Source: Octopus bimaculoides (Eukaryota). Taken from it: a stretch of DNA of 37,514 nucleotides. How positions within the stretch are numbered: the first letter of the stretch is position 1; each line of letters starts with the position of its first letter. Position numbers and translations under genes: made by a program. The notes below the pieces were generated by a model that had not been told where the DNA came from, ran no database searches, and was given only the letters and a program-made list of their open reading frames with translations. The stretch lies in the NCBI RefSeq assembly GCF_001194135.2, contig NC_068984.1, positions 144,194,536-144,232,049 of the forward strand, given 5' to 3'. This document shows positions 21,034 to 34,585 of the stretch, one piece after another.

Positions 21034-21986
21034 ACATTCTTCCCCTTCTTCTAGAACAAATGCAACAGGTGGAGCTGCTGGTACGTCTTCCTCTTCTACA
21101 ACTGGAGGAGGTGCAGAGGGTGGAGGAAGAGGTTTCGATGGTGACGGTAATTTGGGAGGAGTGGCCGCCCCAGTGGTCTCCTTGGAAACCGGTGGAACGG
21201 GTAACTTCTCGTCCTTTTTATCTTCTTTCTTCTCGCGCTTGGTAAGTTTCGGCTTGGGACGTCGAGGCTGTTCGTTGCCAAACGACACAAAGAATCCTTC
21301 ATTGGCAGAAGACGCCGGCTCCTCGCTGGTGTCTGTGTCAGCAGTCGCTGTAGGTGCCTCTTCAGACTGACTGGGTACATCGGCCGAAGACGTGGTAGGA
21401 GGTGGAGGCTGTTTACTTGGTCGATGCGGAGGACTGCTGCTGATGCTGCTGATGCTGCTGCTAGGGGACCCATGGTGACTGCTCTGATTGCTTTTCAAAC
21501 TCTGTCGGCTAGGACTACCCGATGGGGACTGCCAACTTGTTACCCCAGACGTGGTGACACTATTATTTGTATTAACATTACTGTTAATATTATTACTACT
21601 TGTGTTAATATTATTACTACTATTTAAATATGGTACATATCCTGAAGAGGACACAGCATGAGGGTGAGGGGCGTACCCAGAAGGTAATGGTTCCTCTTGA
21701 GTCCTGGTTTGGTTACCGTGTAGCGAAAAAGCACCCCCCGCTGCCGATGTTATCACAGCATTAGCCATACTTGGATGTACACCTGCGAGTTCGGGCTTCG
21801 GATGACCTGGAAGACCACTGTAGGGAGTCGCCGTCGGAATTGGTTGACCGACCGATGTGGTGTACGTGTTTGGTAGGTGGTGGGCTATCCCGACAGAGTG
21901 AGGTGGAGGGGTAGGGTATGGTGACATGACTGGCGACATGTAAGGCTGTGTTGGTGGTGTTGGGGAATGCAACATAAACTGTTGAC
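21034..21986 (-). CDS. CAMSAP: CAMSAP/Patronin large internal exon: Pro/Ser/Asn-rich region with GFFVSF...PRRPKPKL and AFVLEEGEE motifs
   Basis: Acceptor ctcttcactttttcag|G at 21986 (phase 1, matching the previous exon) and donor TGT|gtaggt at 21034 (phase 0). The exon is 953 nt, open, and GC-rich relative to its flanks. It lies within the 393 aa track ORF. Confidence 0.88.
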
Positions 21987-22631
21987 CTGAAAAAGTGAAG
22001 AGAAAATGGAATTCAAGAAGAGATTCTTTACAGAACAGAAACCAAAGAATCAAAATATCAAATAACAAAAACAGCAAAAAGAAAAGACAAATTAATATAT
22101 ATTTTGCAAAATGGTTAAAAGAGAATCTAAATTATATCATTTAATGTTAGAACAATAGAAAATGTCTTTTTTTTAAAATATAATAATTAAGAATTAATAA
22201 CTTAATTTAGAGATGTAATGCCTCAAGTTTAAAGAGAATAAATAGCAAAATAAGTGAAGCAATTTCAACCAAGAATTGAAACCCAAATAAGCCCAACTTG
22301 AAGCTTAACTTGTCAGAAATATTTAGCTCTGCACCAAAATACGACCCACGTTTCAAGAATTAAGGTTTGTCACCATCAAAGACACATTCTAAAAATGTGT
22401 GAAGGTTCTGACTAAATTCTCAAATATTACAGAAAAAATGGTATTTGGGGAACAGCTTTGTCTTGACATCCTAAAATAACGAGTGTTTGAAAAAAAAGGA
22501 CTTAACGAGACCACATTACAACAACAATTGACAAGAACAACAACCTAAATAATACAATACAAAAAAATTACAGAAACGATCAATCACACACCTGGCCAAG
22601 TTCCAGAATGGACAATGCTTATTTCTAAAGA

Positions 22632-22642
22632 GAGAGAGAGAC

Positions 22643-22706
<64 letters not shown>
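22632..22706. repeat. (GA)n followed by (GT)n microsatellite
   Basis: Read directly from the sequence. Confidence 0.95.
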
Positions 22707-22707
<1 letters not shown>

Positions 22708-23339
22708 CCCCTTGAACTTAAACAGGAATTGAAAATAGAAATGTCAAAGTAGAATGTTCAATCTTGAGAAAGGTTTTGTGATTAATTGATAAGTTTTGTT
22801 TTTTCTTTTTAGATAATTTAAAACAAATTTCAAAGGAGGATTGCTTTCTAAACCTTGCAAAAAACCATGATGGATGAGAAGACACTCCCAGAAACTTCTT
22901 TTTTTTTTTTGGCATAACTATGAGGGTCCTTTCATAAAAACGCCCTTGAAGGTGGTGCTAGTGAAATAACTCTTGAACAAATGGAATGGGGGAAAGAACC
23001 AATACATGTCAGTTCCATTATCTCACATGGGAAATGAACTTTACTATCAATGTTCACTTCCAAAAATGGCCCTCCATTGCATTTTTATGGACAATTTATA
23101 GATTATGTCATTGACCAAAGAACACTTAACATTACTGGAACTATGCTATATTTGGTTATGTGGGATTTGGATGGTAGGTCTGATACACAAACTGACTAAA
23201 TACTTCAACTCTTTTAATGCCAATCCACTTAAGACCACCACTGCTTTCACAATGCCAACTTCCTGTTTTAAAGTAAATTAAATTAAAAACCATCCACTGA
23301 AACTTCATGTTATGTTCCAAACACTAACTTAATAAGAAT

Positions 23340-23495
23340 TTCAAATTTTTGCCACAAGGGCAGCTTGGGGGTGGGGATTAAGTCGATTACATCGACCCCA
23401 GTGTTTCACTGGTACATAATTTATCGGCCCCGAAAGGACGAAATACCGCTAAGCATTCCGTCCAGGATGGTAACAATTCTGCCAGCTCACCACCT
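23340..23495 (-). mobile_element. Meta-like SINE with an internal deletion, nested in an older AT-rich element
   Basis: Family motifs are present. The flanks 23275-23340 and 23510-23590 resemble consecutive parts of the element at 3501-3711 and 6049-6250. Confidence 0.7.
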
Positions 23496-25613
23496 CAAAC
23501 ACTCACTTCATCACAAAGTTATTTTACAAAATTCCTCACCATTTTCAAAATTAATTGGAAAGAGGCAGTGTATTTTGATATAGGGTAACAAAATAGTGTT
23601 ATTAGCCTTTTGCTGCTGCCTGATTCTTTGGGGTCTTTCACAGAATTGAATCAGTTTACATCGTCTAGCAAAACACCATTCCAAACATGAAGTTGTTTAG
23701 AAGGGGTTCCATCTGGGGCCAGACTTAGATAGCCACAGGGTCATCTAGGACAACATTGTCCAATGTGTTCTTTTTCAAGACAGTAGGTGTCTGGTTTGAG
23801 GGCTATTTGCCTGTTATTTTTCGGTCAAGAAAACATACTGAAGTTCCCTCAATGGCTCCACAATTGCCAAGGAATATGTAAAAGTAATGAAGCAGATGAA
23901 GAAACTAAATACATTGTGGTAAAATAAACATTAAAGAGACAGAATTAAGTATTTTTTTGTAGGATCAACAAATAAGATTACAATATAGACATGCAGTTTA
24001 TGTTGTTGACAAAAACATTTAACAGATTTACTAAAATGGGAAGATGAAACATCATAACCAAAAGAAACTTATTTCCAGAGAAAAGCTTCAAAATAAACAC
24101 ATCAATACAACATGGAGCCTTAGACAAAAAGACAAAATTTTAAACAAAAGCCAACAGCTGTCAATATTTTATCGAGAAAGGAAAATGATTAATCTCAGCT
24201 ATTTTCAACAGTCTATTATTTCACTAGTTAAAAATCTATTGATTTTATAAGGATTTCATACTAATATCTAATAAAGTATATATATCCTCTCTCTCAATTC
24301 TGTTTATGTGTGTCATTAATAACTCAAGTTTGTGATGAGCAATTTGGCCAATAAATTAACTGACACACTTCAAGAACTGTTTGATAAGTCATCAAAGAAG
24401 AATATCACAATAACATTTTAAATCCACTCCAAATTCTAAATTGCATGTGAAAATTTAATTTGAAAACCTCATTTAATTTAGACTATTTTATAGAAATCTT
24501 TCAAGAAAAAACAACACAATGGAAATATAAAGAAATAAAATTTTATGAAAATTTTTTAAATAATAAAAACTAAAAAATGACGAAGCAAGTTAGTAGCGTT
24601 GTACAAAGACAGTGTATGGCATCTTAATATCCTCAGACACATTTCAAAGACATGTAAATAATTTCAGACTTGAAGACTTTTCACAAATGGAAATGACAAA
24701 TAAAAAGAGAGCTCTTAATAATCATAAACATTCCGCAACAACATGCTTAGATATACGACAATATATAGAAATGTTTCTAAGGTTCACATATTTAACAAAT
24801 AGACATGCAGTGCTGGACAAGAATGCTGCAACAATGACAACAACCGTGATTCAAAGAAGAAAATGAAAATATACAATGGATTCAATTAATACAACAAATT
24901 TATATTACTGTTTTCTAATAAATTCAATAGGTTTCATGAATGTTCACAATAATTGAAAAAGAAAAATATAAAAATATTATATATAAAGACCCCCGGATTG
25001 AGCCATGGCTGGTCAAGTGAAACAGGGCAAGGAGAAAAAATTAGGGGAGAAAAGTTCCTTGTTTTTTTTTGTTTTTTTTTTGCTTTTATCAATGATTTTT
25101 ATTGTTTTTTTTTTAAATTTTTAATTTGTTCAAAGCTTAAATATTCAACAACCTTCCAGAAAGTGGACCACAGGAGCAAATGTTAGCAATGCGCTCGGTA
25201 TTTTAAGTCACATCAGATCTAGCCATTACGCTACTCAAGCCACAGAGCACAGCAACAAGAGAAGAATATTCTACAAACGCAGTCAGTAGGAGAACAGAGA
25301 CACATGGTGTCTGTAAGTTAATGCCGATACTACTGCTATGATACCAGTTAATAATTTGAGGGATATGGGATTTTTCACATCCTTAAAGGTGAAAATACGT
25401 TTAATTTTCATCTCCAAAGATGAGATTCAAACACAAAACAAATCATTAACAAAACAACTCCAAACATTTAACAATATTGTTAAACTAATTAGAGGAAAGA
25501 ATATTTTATACACACACACACACACGTGTGTATGTGTATATATATNNNNNNNNNNNNNNNNNNNNNNNNNNNNNNNNNNNNNNNNNNNNNNNNNNNNNNN
25601 NNNNNNNNNNNNN

Positions 25614-25646
<33 letters not shown>

Positions 25647-26204
25647 ATGTGTATGTTTGTGTATAAACATGTTTTTAGTTGTTTTCTTTACTTAACTTCA
25701 CGGGTCCTAAGCGTTTAATGTTGAATTATTTCTACATATTAGTCCTATTGTTACTTTAATCTACTACACTACTTCAATCCATGTATATAGCCTTAGAAAA
25801 AAGCTTTTATTGCATGCAAACTCTCAGTGTTACATCTAAATTTGCTGTCAAAACCCAGCACAGATTTCATAATTCAAACTTTCACAAAAACCCGAGTCTG
25901 ATCACTCGGATGCTATTATACTGAATGTTGGGGCAGCCACAATTTCTAAATAAGACTGATTGTCATTGAACGATGATTAGGGATCATTCAGCATAACCAA
26001 GTCTAATTAGGCAAAATTATTTAGAGGCTTTGGTTTTCTCAACATGTGATATTATTGCATACAAACTGCCAGACATTTATTTTTGGCATCTGCGGACCTT
26101 TTAGTAATGCAGATCCAAGTCAGATGGTTCGTACAAATAGTCAGCCTGAACAACAAAAGATGAGAACCTTTGTTTTGTTCATATCCCTATCTGTATGTCT
26201 ATGC

Positions 26205-26237
26205 ATGACTATACACATACATACATATATATATACA

Positions 26238-26273
<36 letters not shown>

Positions 26274-26618
26274 TATACATACACATACATATATACACAC
26301 ATACATATATACATACATACATATATACACACATATATATATACACACATACATATACATACATATATATATATACACATACATATACATACATATATAT
26401 ATACACATACATATATATACATACATATATACACATACATATATATACATACATATATACACATACATATATACACATACATATATATATACACATACAT
26501 ACACACATATATATACACACACATATATATATATATACATATACACATGCATATATACATATACACATGCATATACACATACATATATACATATACACAT
26601 ACATATATACATATACAC

Positions 26619-26651
<33 letters not shown>

Positions 26652-26655
26652 AACA
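26205..26655. repeat. ~450 bp compound (TA/CA/TACA)n microsatellite
   Basis: Nearly continuous alternating purine-pyrimidine sequence. It generates the spurious I/Y/T/H and V/Y/M/C ORFs in the track. Confidence 0.95.
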
Positions 26656-27234
26656 TATACACCATTATATTCACTTTGATTACATAATTATTTCTAATTT
26701 TCTAATTTTGGCACAAGGCCAGCAGTTTTGAGGGAAGGGGTTAGTTGATCATCAGATCAACCCCAGCACTTGATTGGTATTTGATTTTACCAACACCAAA
26801 AGGGTGAAAGGCAGGTTTTTAAAAGTGTTTCCTTCTACATGTACAACCCGTTACAATGATAACACTATCGCCGTAGAGAAATAGCAGAAATAATTTCATA
26901 GTACAAGTGAGTGATACATTAGATAATTTAGTTCCAACACACAATTTCACATCCTATCAGTTGCAAGATAACTGCAGCACAAAATCACACACACACAATC
27001 TGTCTTTCCTCCACCTTCCTGGTCAGATCACCTTTAATGAACCAAGACAACCTAGAATAGTGAGCAATCCCCATAATCTTGTGTAGGTACAAAACAAACT
27101 CACCAATTCTACTATTACAAGGAAGTGCGCCCATTACACTCTTTAAAACGGTCGGTGAATAAAGGAACAGACAATTTAGAATTGCGCTGGGGCCCTGCCT
27201 TGAAAGGGTTTTAGTCAAAGCCCAGGACTTATTT

Positions 27235-27361
27235 TTTATTCTTAAGTCTGGTTCTTATTCTAGCAGTCCCTTTTTGCTGAACCACTAAGTTATGAGAATA
27301 CAAACAAACCAACACCAGATGTCAAGCATGTCAAGCAATAGTGGGGTCAAACCAAACACAA

Positions 27362-27397
<36 letters not shown>

Positions 27398-27530
27398 GGA
27401 GCAAGCTTCCACTAAGTTTCCATCTACCAAATTTGCTCACAACAGTTTCATTTCCCAAGGAAGAAAATAAGATATAACTAAGAACAACTGGGAATTGAAA
27501 CCCAGACACTGACCATTGCTAATCAAAGAA
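27235..27530 (-). mobile_element. Diverged, uninterrupted copy of the same SINE family as 1255-1705
   Basis: TTTTGCTGAACCACTAAGTTATGAG...CCAACACCAGATGTCAAGC...(CA)n...AAGTTTCCATCTACCAAATT...GGGAATTGAAACCCAG. Confidence 0.6.
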
Positions 27531-28094
27531 TAACTGCATCAATAGACATAGGCTATCCATAAGTAAATTCCCTGACATCGTATTTATAAAGAATGAAGCC
27601 AGGCTTGTCAAAGAGATGTGAGGTTGTACGTCTCTGGTCATTCTCCAAGATAATTCCAATTGAATTCAATTGGAACGGTTCCACTCAAGGTCACAGAATT
27701 GTCGGCTGTTTTGCAATGTTAATTCATCTTTTGCCGACAAGAAAGCAAGACCTTTATTATCCAAAAGGAAAATCAAATAATTAAACCTAGAGTATAATTA
27801 CAGGTTCAAACCTCACCAAAGGTACCGCTATTATCCCACAAAGCAACAATGCCTCGGCTCGTTCAGTTCCTGTTTCAGCTGTGGAGATCAAGCAATAGAA
27901 AAGCCGTCCAGCTGGAAGAAACCCTTGCAACAACAAAATGGTTTTTAATGTTTTCCGTAATTAGACTAAGTCATGCTGGAGCACTTTCTCCAACCTCTTA
28001 AACATCTCACACTCCAGTTTTAATATGTTCGTATTTTATTTTACTCAAGTCTGTGACGAGCCCTGGGACTTGGGTTTCATCAAGTACAAGTGAC

Positions 28095-28290
28095 CAAGAT
28101 TAGGAACGGGACGCCAGTCTGTTGCAGAGCTAACTTCCCCCATTGTTGTTGGAACTCATTTACAGCTGAGTAGACTGGGGCAACATGAAATGAAGTGTTT
28201 TACACAAGAACACAATGCATTGCCAAGTCCAGGAATTGAAACCACAATCTTATGATCGAGAGTGCAACATCCGTAACCATGAGGTCATGT
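28095..28290 (-). mobile_element. Old tRNA-derived SINE remnant
   Basis: GGAATTGAAACCAC on the plus strand is a reverse B-box-like motif. It is preceded by CTCATTTACAGCTGAGTAGACTGGGGCAAC...AAGTGTTTTACACAAGAACACAA, a typical SINE body. Confidence 0.5.
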
Positions 28291-29135
28291 ACTTTCACAT
28301 CCACATTTGCGAAGAATATTTAAAAGATCATCATCCACGTCAACAATAGATGGAAAATACAATAAAACAATCATAGTACACACACACACACACACACACA
28401 GAGTCAAATGTTTAGATATATAATTAACTCATTAATTAAATCACTCCTCTTAGTAAATGAACTCACCAAACTCTTCTATAAACTCTCTCAATCAATCAAT
28501 AAATATCATAAAATAAACTTAATTAATCATAATCAGTGATTAATGCTACATGATAAACACATTATCTTTCCTCTGACAACCAGGCAAGGCAAATCCTACC
28601 AACAAGTTATCTCTCCATATTCTACAATATATATTCTATAATACAAATTCTACCATATCTCCTCTGGTAGGTTACTTCTCTATAGTCTCTCAAGCAAGGG
28701 AGGGAGATTCTATGTGGACATTCAATTTGGTAGAAATAGCAACCAAATCTGCTTCATATCATAGCACATGCCTTTAAAAATTGGGCACATTGGATAATGT
28801 AGTCCCACAAACATAATGCTTTGACCCCTCAACATTCAGATTCCTCTGTCAAACTTAATGCTTATCTATTCACATTGCTTTGGATTAATTGTGTATTATT
28901 ATCTTATGGCTTTGAGATGTCAGTGAGGCGAATGTGTGTTTATAGAATGGCACTGCAGGGTAGGTGTGAGAGGCTGGATATGGCTGGACTGAACATAGAA
29001 CAAGAAGAATATATGGGCTGGGTATGGTCAGTTTTTATGCTAAATGGTTCCAGCTTGACCATTCTTGATGCTGCTGCCATTGCCCAATCAGTAGCACTGA
29101 CCTGACACTAAACAACAACAACAACAACAACATTT

Positions 29136-29171
<36 letters not shown>

Positions 29172-31471
29172 TCTGCTCATTTATTGTTGAGTGTGGAGTG
29201 TGCATGTGTATCACTCGTGAGTAAGTACTGCATGTGTGCACACATGAGTGTTGTATGCCTTTGTGCACAAGAGTGGCATTTGTGCATGTGATGCATGCAT
29301 GTGATTGCACAGTGCAGGTGATAATGCTTGGTGTTCACTGTGATAGAGTCAATACTGACCCTCACCTCAAAATGGAAACTGCTTTAGAAAAACCTTCTAA
29401 AGTACAAAACGTAAAAACAGTCTTCAACTACCAAATCAGGTCTGCCCCTCCAACCATACCCTTCCCTACTCCAGACAATATTTACACCTCAAATGGAGTG
29501 CAAGGGGTCAGAGGTTGCAATTTGACCGACATGTGACCAAATACAAAATTCAACCTCTTTTCTACAACAAATTTTGTCACACAATTTCAAAACCTGTCGC
29601 AGCTACTGCCATATCCTCCTGCTATGCCGGGTGTCAGTCTCTCCCCAGCTAGAGTAAAAGTGCCAGGTATTCAGGGAGAATTAATTACCATTAATAGGGT
29701 CTACCGTCTTATACAGCTGCAGCAACATCAAGAACCCTTAATCAACACCATCGTGAGAGATCTAAGCTGGTTTAATTTGGCAGAAATCTTCATAACATTT
29801 CTTTAAAACAGCTCAGCTTAGTCACATGCATTAGCATTACGAGATTAAGTCAGCATGAGGGTTAATAAATTCATGCAAGCAAACAGATTATCTTGAACTG
29901 ATAACAATGGCCTCATAGATTGGAGTTTTCCATTTCCTTCCAGGGTTAAAATATTTGGTGAGAAAACAAAATCAGCAAATATTTCTTTAAAAATTCTTTG
30001 GGAAAAAGAGGTAATTTCACTGAAATAAAAAAAAAAACTGACCAAAAGAATGATGGATTATCTTGATTAATTAACAATATTTTAAAATAATATCCATCTT
30101 GAAATACTAGTGCCATTAGTGAAGAATATAATTCCACCATTCTCTTCTTAGTGGAGTTTTCACAAGATCAAAGAATAAATTTACAGTTGGAAATTCTGTA
30201 ATATGCACAAAATTATGGAGTAACGTGTGATTAAAAAGGAAAAGGAGAGAATAAAACAATGAAGCGACTTTCAGGACCAAAATTGAGGTTGGCGGAAAGT
30301 CTGGCACTTCTGAAGCTTAAAGAGACAAAGAAGAAAAATAGAAGAGATTTGTTATTATCAATTATTTTGTAAGAAACGAGAGAAAAAAGGGAAAAAGAAA
30401 GATAGGTTAGAAATATCAGAGAAATTCTACAAATTCATAGATTATTCTTTGTTCAAGAATGGATGTTGGTGGAAAACATTAGAAATCTAAGCTGATGGCA
30501 ACAAACTCTCTTGAGGTTGTGTCTTTTTGGAATTTTGATGTTTCACTGCTGTCAAGATTTTTAGAACTTCTATCGAACAGCTTTCCATCCGCAAGTTGAG
30601 ATCAAGCTTCATGAGAATCAGAACCGGCTTTAAGTCAGTATATTCCTTTCTGTTAGGATAATTAGACATAGCTTCCAGTATAGAGAAAACTAGAAAGAAA
30701 CAGAAGTCTTACAAAAACAAGCAAATTAAAAATATGAAAAAGAGAAAGAAAAAAAAAAAGAAATAAAGAACCAAAGAATTTCAAAAGCTTCATATTTCTC
30801 CATCTACAACAATAAAATATGTACATGATGAAATAGCAACGTGCTGACATGGAAATAGAGGCGAGACTAAAGTAATTATAGCAATGAGAACAGCCAACTA
30901 ACTCTTTTGCAATTGCATTTGTGTTGTTTACTGCAGAAAAAAATAGAAACCACAAGGGAAAAAAAAAACTGCTTCCCACCAAGAGGAGAGGATCAAGCAA
31001 ATAGCAGAAACAAACAAAAAAAAGCAATGGTGAGATGTGTGCCAGGCCATTATTATTGACAGTAACCTGGCTCCAAAACTCAACAGTGAACGGTTAGAGT
31101 GTTTGTCCAAATCTCACGAGACCAGGCAGTCTTGGAGNNNNNNNNNNGGGTTAAAGAAAAAAATTATATATATATAGTAAAAAAAAAAAATTCTTTAAAT
31201 TTCCAACACCAGGGACTGAAAAATATACTTTGAGAAAAAAAAAAATAATAATACATCCTTCTTAATGAACGTAACTAGATTAGTAATATTAGATTCAAAT
31301 TTGGGCACAAGACCGACAATCGACCCCAGTGCGTAACTGGTACTTATTTTATCAATCCTGAAAGGATGAAAGGCAAAGTTGAACTTGGGGGAATTTGAGC
31401 TGGGAGCATAAAAACGGACGGAAACGCCACTAAGTATTTTTCCCAGCACTGACAATTTCAGCCAGCTCACT

Positions 31472-31528
31472 GCCTGAACTAGATCAATAATATTGATTAC
31501 CGCCTGAACTAGATCAATAATATTGATT
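31472..31528 (+). repeat. 30 bp-period tandem duplication at a SINE 5' junction
   Basis: GCCTGAACTAGATCAATAATATTGATT occurs at 31472-31498 and 31502-31528. Confidence 0.9.
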
Positions 31529-31705
31529 GTTAACATTCCAGTATAATGTATCCTTGCATGTTATAAATAAGAGATAACCGAAAGGGTGGACATCAGGAAG
31601 GGAATCTGCCCATAAAAAATACTGTCACAAAAAGTCCCACCCGACTCATGACAGTAAGGAAAATCAGACATAAAAACAACAACGCCTAATTTTGACTTCA
31701 GATGT

Positions 31706-31778
31706 AGGTATCGTCGTCGTTTAACGTCCGCTTTCCATGCTAGCATGGGTTGGACGATTTGACTGAGGACTGGTGAAA
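31706..31778 (-). mobile_element. (GAT)n-tailed repeat 3' fragment, opposite orientation
   Basis: Reverse complement of the family tail (CCAGTCCTCAGTCAAATCGTCCAACCCATGCTAGCATGGAAAGCGGACGTTAAACGACGA). Confidence 0.75.
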
Positions 31779-32428
31779 CCAGATGAGGCTAGAAATTTTG
31801 CAGTAAGGGTACAGTTATGTCAGCCCCAGTATTTGACTGGTACTTAGTACCTCTGAAGGGATGAAAGATAAAAGTAAGCCCTAATGAAATTTAAACTTAG
31901 AATGTAATGAAGTAAATACTATAAGCTTTTAAACTGGTCTGCTATCAACTGTAATACTCCACCATCCATAATAATAATCCTTTCTATTATAAGCACAAGG
32001 CCTGAAAATCTGTGGGAAGCAGGTAGTCAATAACCCTGACCCCAGAACTTGACTGCTACTTATTTCATCAACCCAAAAGGATGAAAAGTCAAGTCGACTT
32101 CAATGGCATTTGAACCCAGAATGCAAAGCTGAAAGAAATGCCACTAAGCCATCTTGTCCAGCAGGCTAACGATTCTCACAGATCACCATAATAATAATAA
32201 TAATAATAGTTCTTTCTACTGTAGGCACAAGGCTGGAAATTTTGAGGGAGGGAGTGAGGGAGGGCAATTTGATCGACCCCAGTACACAACTGGTACTTAA
32301 TTTACCAACCCCGAAAGGATGAAAAGCAAAGTCAATCTCAACAGAATTTAAACTCAGAATGTAGCGACAGGGCGAAATACCGCTAAGTACTTCGTCTAGC
32401 ATGCTAACGTTTCTGCCAGCTCACGGCC

Positions 32429-32472
<44 letters not shown>

Positions 32473-33029
32473 TCTTTCTGGTTCTGGCACAAGGCCAGCA
32501 ATTTTGAGGGGAGGGGGGACAAGTTGATTACATCAATGCTAATATTCAGCCAATACTTTATGAAGTCACAAACGATGAAGAGGCAAAGTTGACCTCAATA
32601 GGATTTGGTCTCAGAATGCAGAGAGATGCAACTTGATGCATTACGGCTTCTTGTCTGACACACTACTGATTCTACTCAATACCTAACTGGAGGAAGAAAT
32701 TGGTTTGATTAAATATACCCCAGTGGCATTTGGGTTGTATTTATTTTATTCACATCCCAGAAGAATGAAGGGCAAAAATCGGTCCTAGTAAGATTTGAAC
32801 TCAGAGGCATTTACACCCACTTCCAATAATAAAAGTTTTGTAACCATAAAACTGAGAAAATGAAAGAACACTGAATCCCAGATGTTAAGCCTCACAAAGG
32901 AGATGACAAGGGATCAAGATGTCTGGCGATTTGCTGTACTGGAGAAGACATGTTGAGCTAAGTAAAATCAGGGTCTCCCTCTCTCAGCTGGGAGGTCTTT
33001 GTCTTGCAAGTTAGTTGGTGACCCCTCTA

Positions 33030-33212
33030 AGTGTCATATAAAAAGCACCAGTGCTGGTGCCACATAAAAAAGCACCCCGTAGACTTTGTAAAATAGTCAG
33101 TGTTAGGAAGGGCATCCAGCCACAGAAAACCATACCAAAACAGACTAATAGACCCTGATACTGCGCCTGGCCTTGCCAGCATGGAAAACGGATCTTAGAT
33201 GATGATAATGAT
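33030..33212 (+). mobile_element. (GAT)n-tailed repeat, diverged copy
   Basis: GGTGCCACATAAAAAAGCACCC...TTAGGAAGGGCATCCAGC...GCCAGCATGGAAAACGGA...GATGAT. Confidence 0.7.
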
Positions 33213-33727
33213 GATAAAAACATCTCAACCTTTTGAAGGAAATATAGAACTATAAACATTGAGATATTCAAACTAGTGCCCTCGTTTTGGTTGTTCTAAT
33301 AACAGTATTTCGGAAGACTTTGAAAAATCTATCCTTGTGCATTTAATAAAAGGTCCAATTCCAAATTCTCCGAATTTACCAATTACAACAGACATCTGAA
33401 GAATGCGAGAAGGTACCATGGCTGAAGTGCTGTGACCGTAAAAACCAAAATGAGCACAACAGTTTGGGTGTATCAGTGTATAATAATAACAATCCTTTCT
33501 GCTATAGGCACACAAGGCCTGAAATTTAGGGGGAGGGGACCAGTCGATTACATTGACTCCGGTACTTAACCCATACTTGTTTTATCAACCCCGAAAGGAT
33601 GAAAGGTAAAGTCGACCTCAGCAGAATTTGAACTCAGAACGTAAAAATGGACAAAATGTCGCAAAGCATTTTGCCCAGCATGCTAACGATTCTGCCAGCT
33701 CACCAGTTTCATTATTATAAGCATCAT

Positions 33728-33781
<54 letters not shown>

Positions 33782-34312
33782 TTCGGCACAAGGCCAGCAT
33801 TTGGGGGGGGGGGAGTACATTGATTACATCAATCCCAGTGCTCAACAGGAATTCATTTTAGCGACCCTGAAGGAATGAACGGCAAAGTCAACCTCAGTGG
33901 CATTTGAACTCTGAATATAAAGACAGATGAAATGCTGCTACCGTGTACTAACGACTGCCAGCTCACTGCCTTTAATAATAATGGTAATTCCCCACATCTC
34001 AAAAATCAGACAAATATGGAATTGTATTATAATCTAGTCAAATCACATCACTTTTGTAGTCAATCCTTAAATTCAATCATTCCATAAACTGGTTTAACAG
34101 GTTTTAGAGAATTTTGGAGAATTTTCTCAGTCTACAGCACTGGATACAATTATAAGACATGCTGATCGAAATACCAAAGACAGGAAGGGAAGTGGAAGTC
34201 GGTAAACATTTTATGTCAGTGGAATACCATCCCTGAACCTAGGGTAGCTCATTTTGAGTTGTTCCTCTTTATTAACATTTGACAGATATTTGTCCTCATC
34301 TTTTTTGTTGTT

Positions 34313-34358
34313 AACACAACGTTTTGGCTGATGTACCCTCCAGCCTTCTTCAGGTGTC
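34313..34358 (-). ncRNA. Hammerhead motif, copy 3 (G12 mutated to A, predicted inactive)
   Basis: The reverse complement reads GACAC-CTGAAGA-A-GGCTG...CAGCC-AAAA-CGTT-GTGTT. Confidence 0.6.
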
Positions 34359-34585
34359 TTGGGGAAATTTCAAACCTGGGTTCTCATTCCTAAGGTATCT
34401 TTCGATATTGTTATTATTATTATTCAGGCCCCTGCCTGGAATTGAATTCAGAATTTTGGGGTTAGTAGCTCTTAGGCATATGGCGTAGTGGTTAAGAGCA
34501 TGGGCTACTAACCCCAAGATTCCAAGTTCGATTCCAGGCGAGGAGGAGGAGGAGGAAATACCTTAGGAATGAGAAATTTCCCCAA

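Larger units (their letters stand above)
31305..33975 (-). mobile_element. Dense cluster of about eight Meta-like SINE copies, all minus strand, several joined by (TAA)n
   Basis: Copies at ~31305-31475, 31815-31905, 31978-32190, 32210-32430, 32472-32640, 32715-32805, 33495-33705 and 33781-33975. Confidence 0.8.

Noticed and set aside
26046-26731. Long ORFs of 131-213 aa
   Set aside because: They are translations of a TA/CA microsatellite with no coding signal.
30487-30669. 60 aa ORF, or an alternative protein-like frame (SQLADGKLFDRSSK...)
   Set aside because: No compatible donor was found, the protein-like frame contains stops and no homology was recognised. Invoking A-to-I stop recoding would be unsupported.
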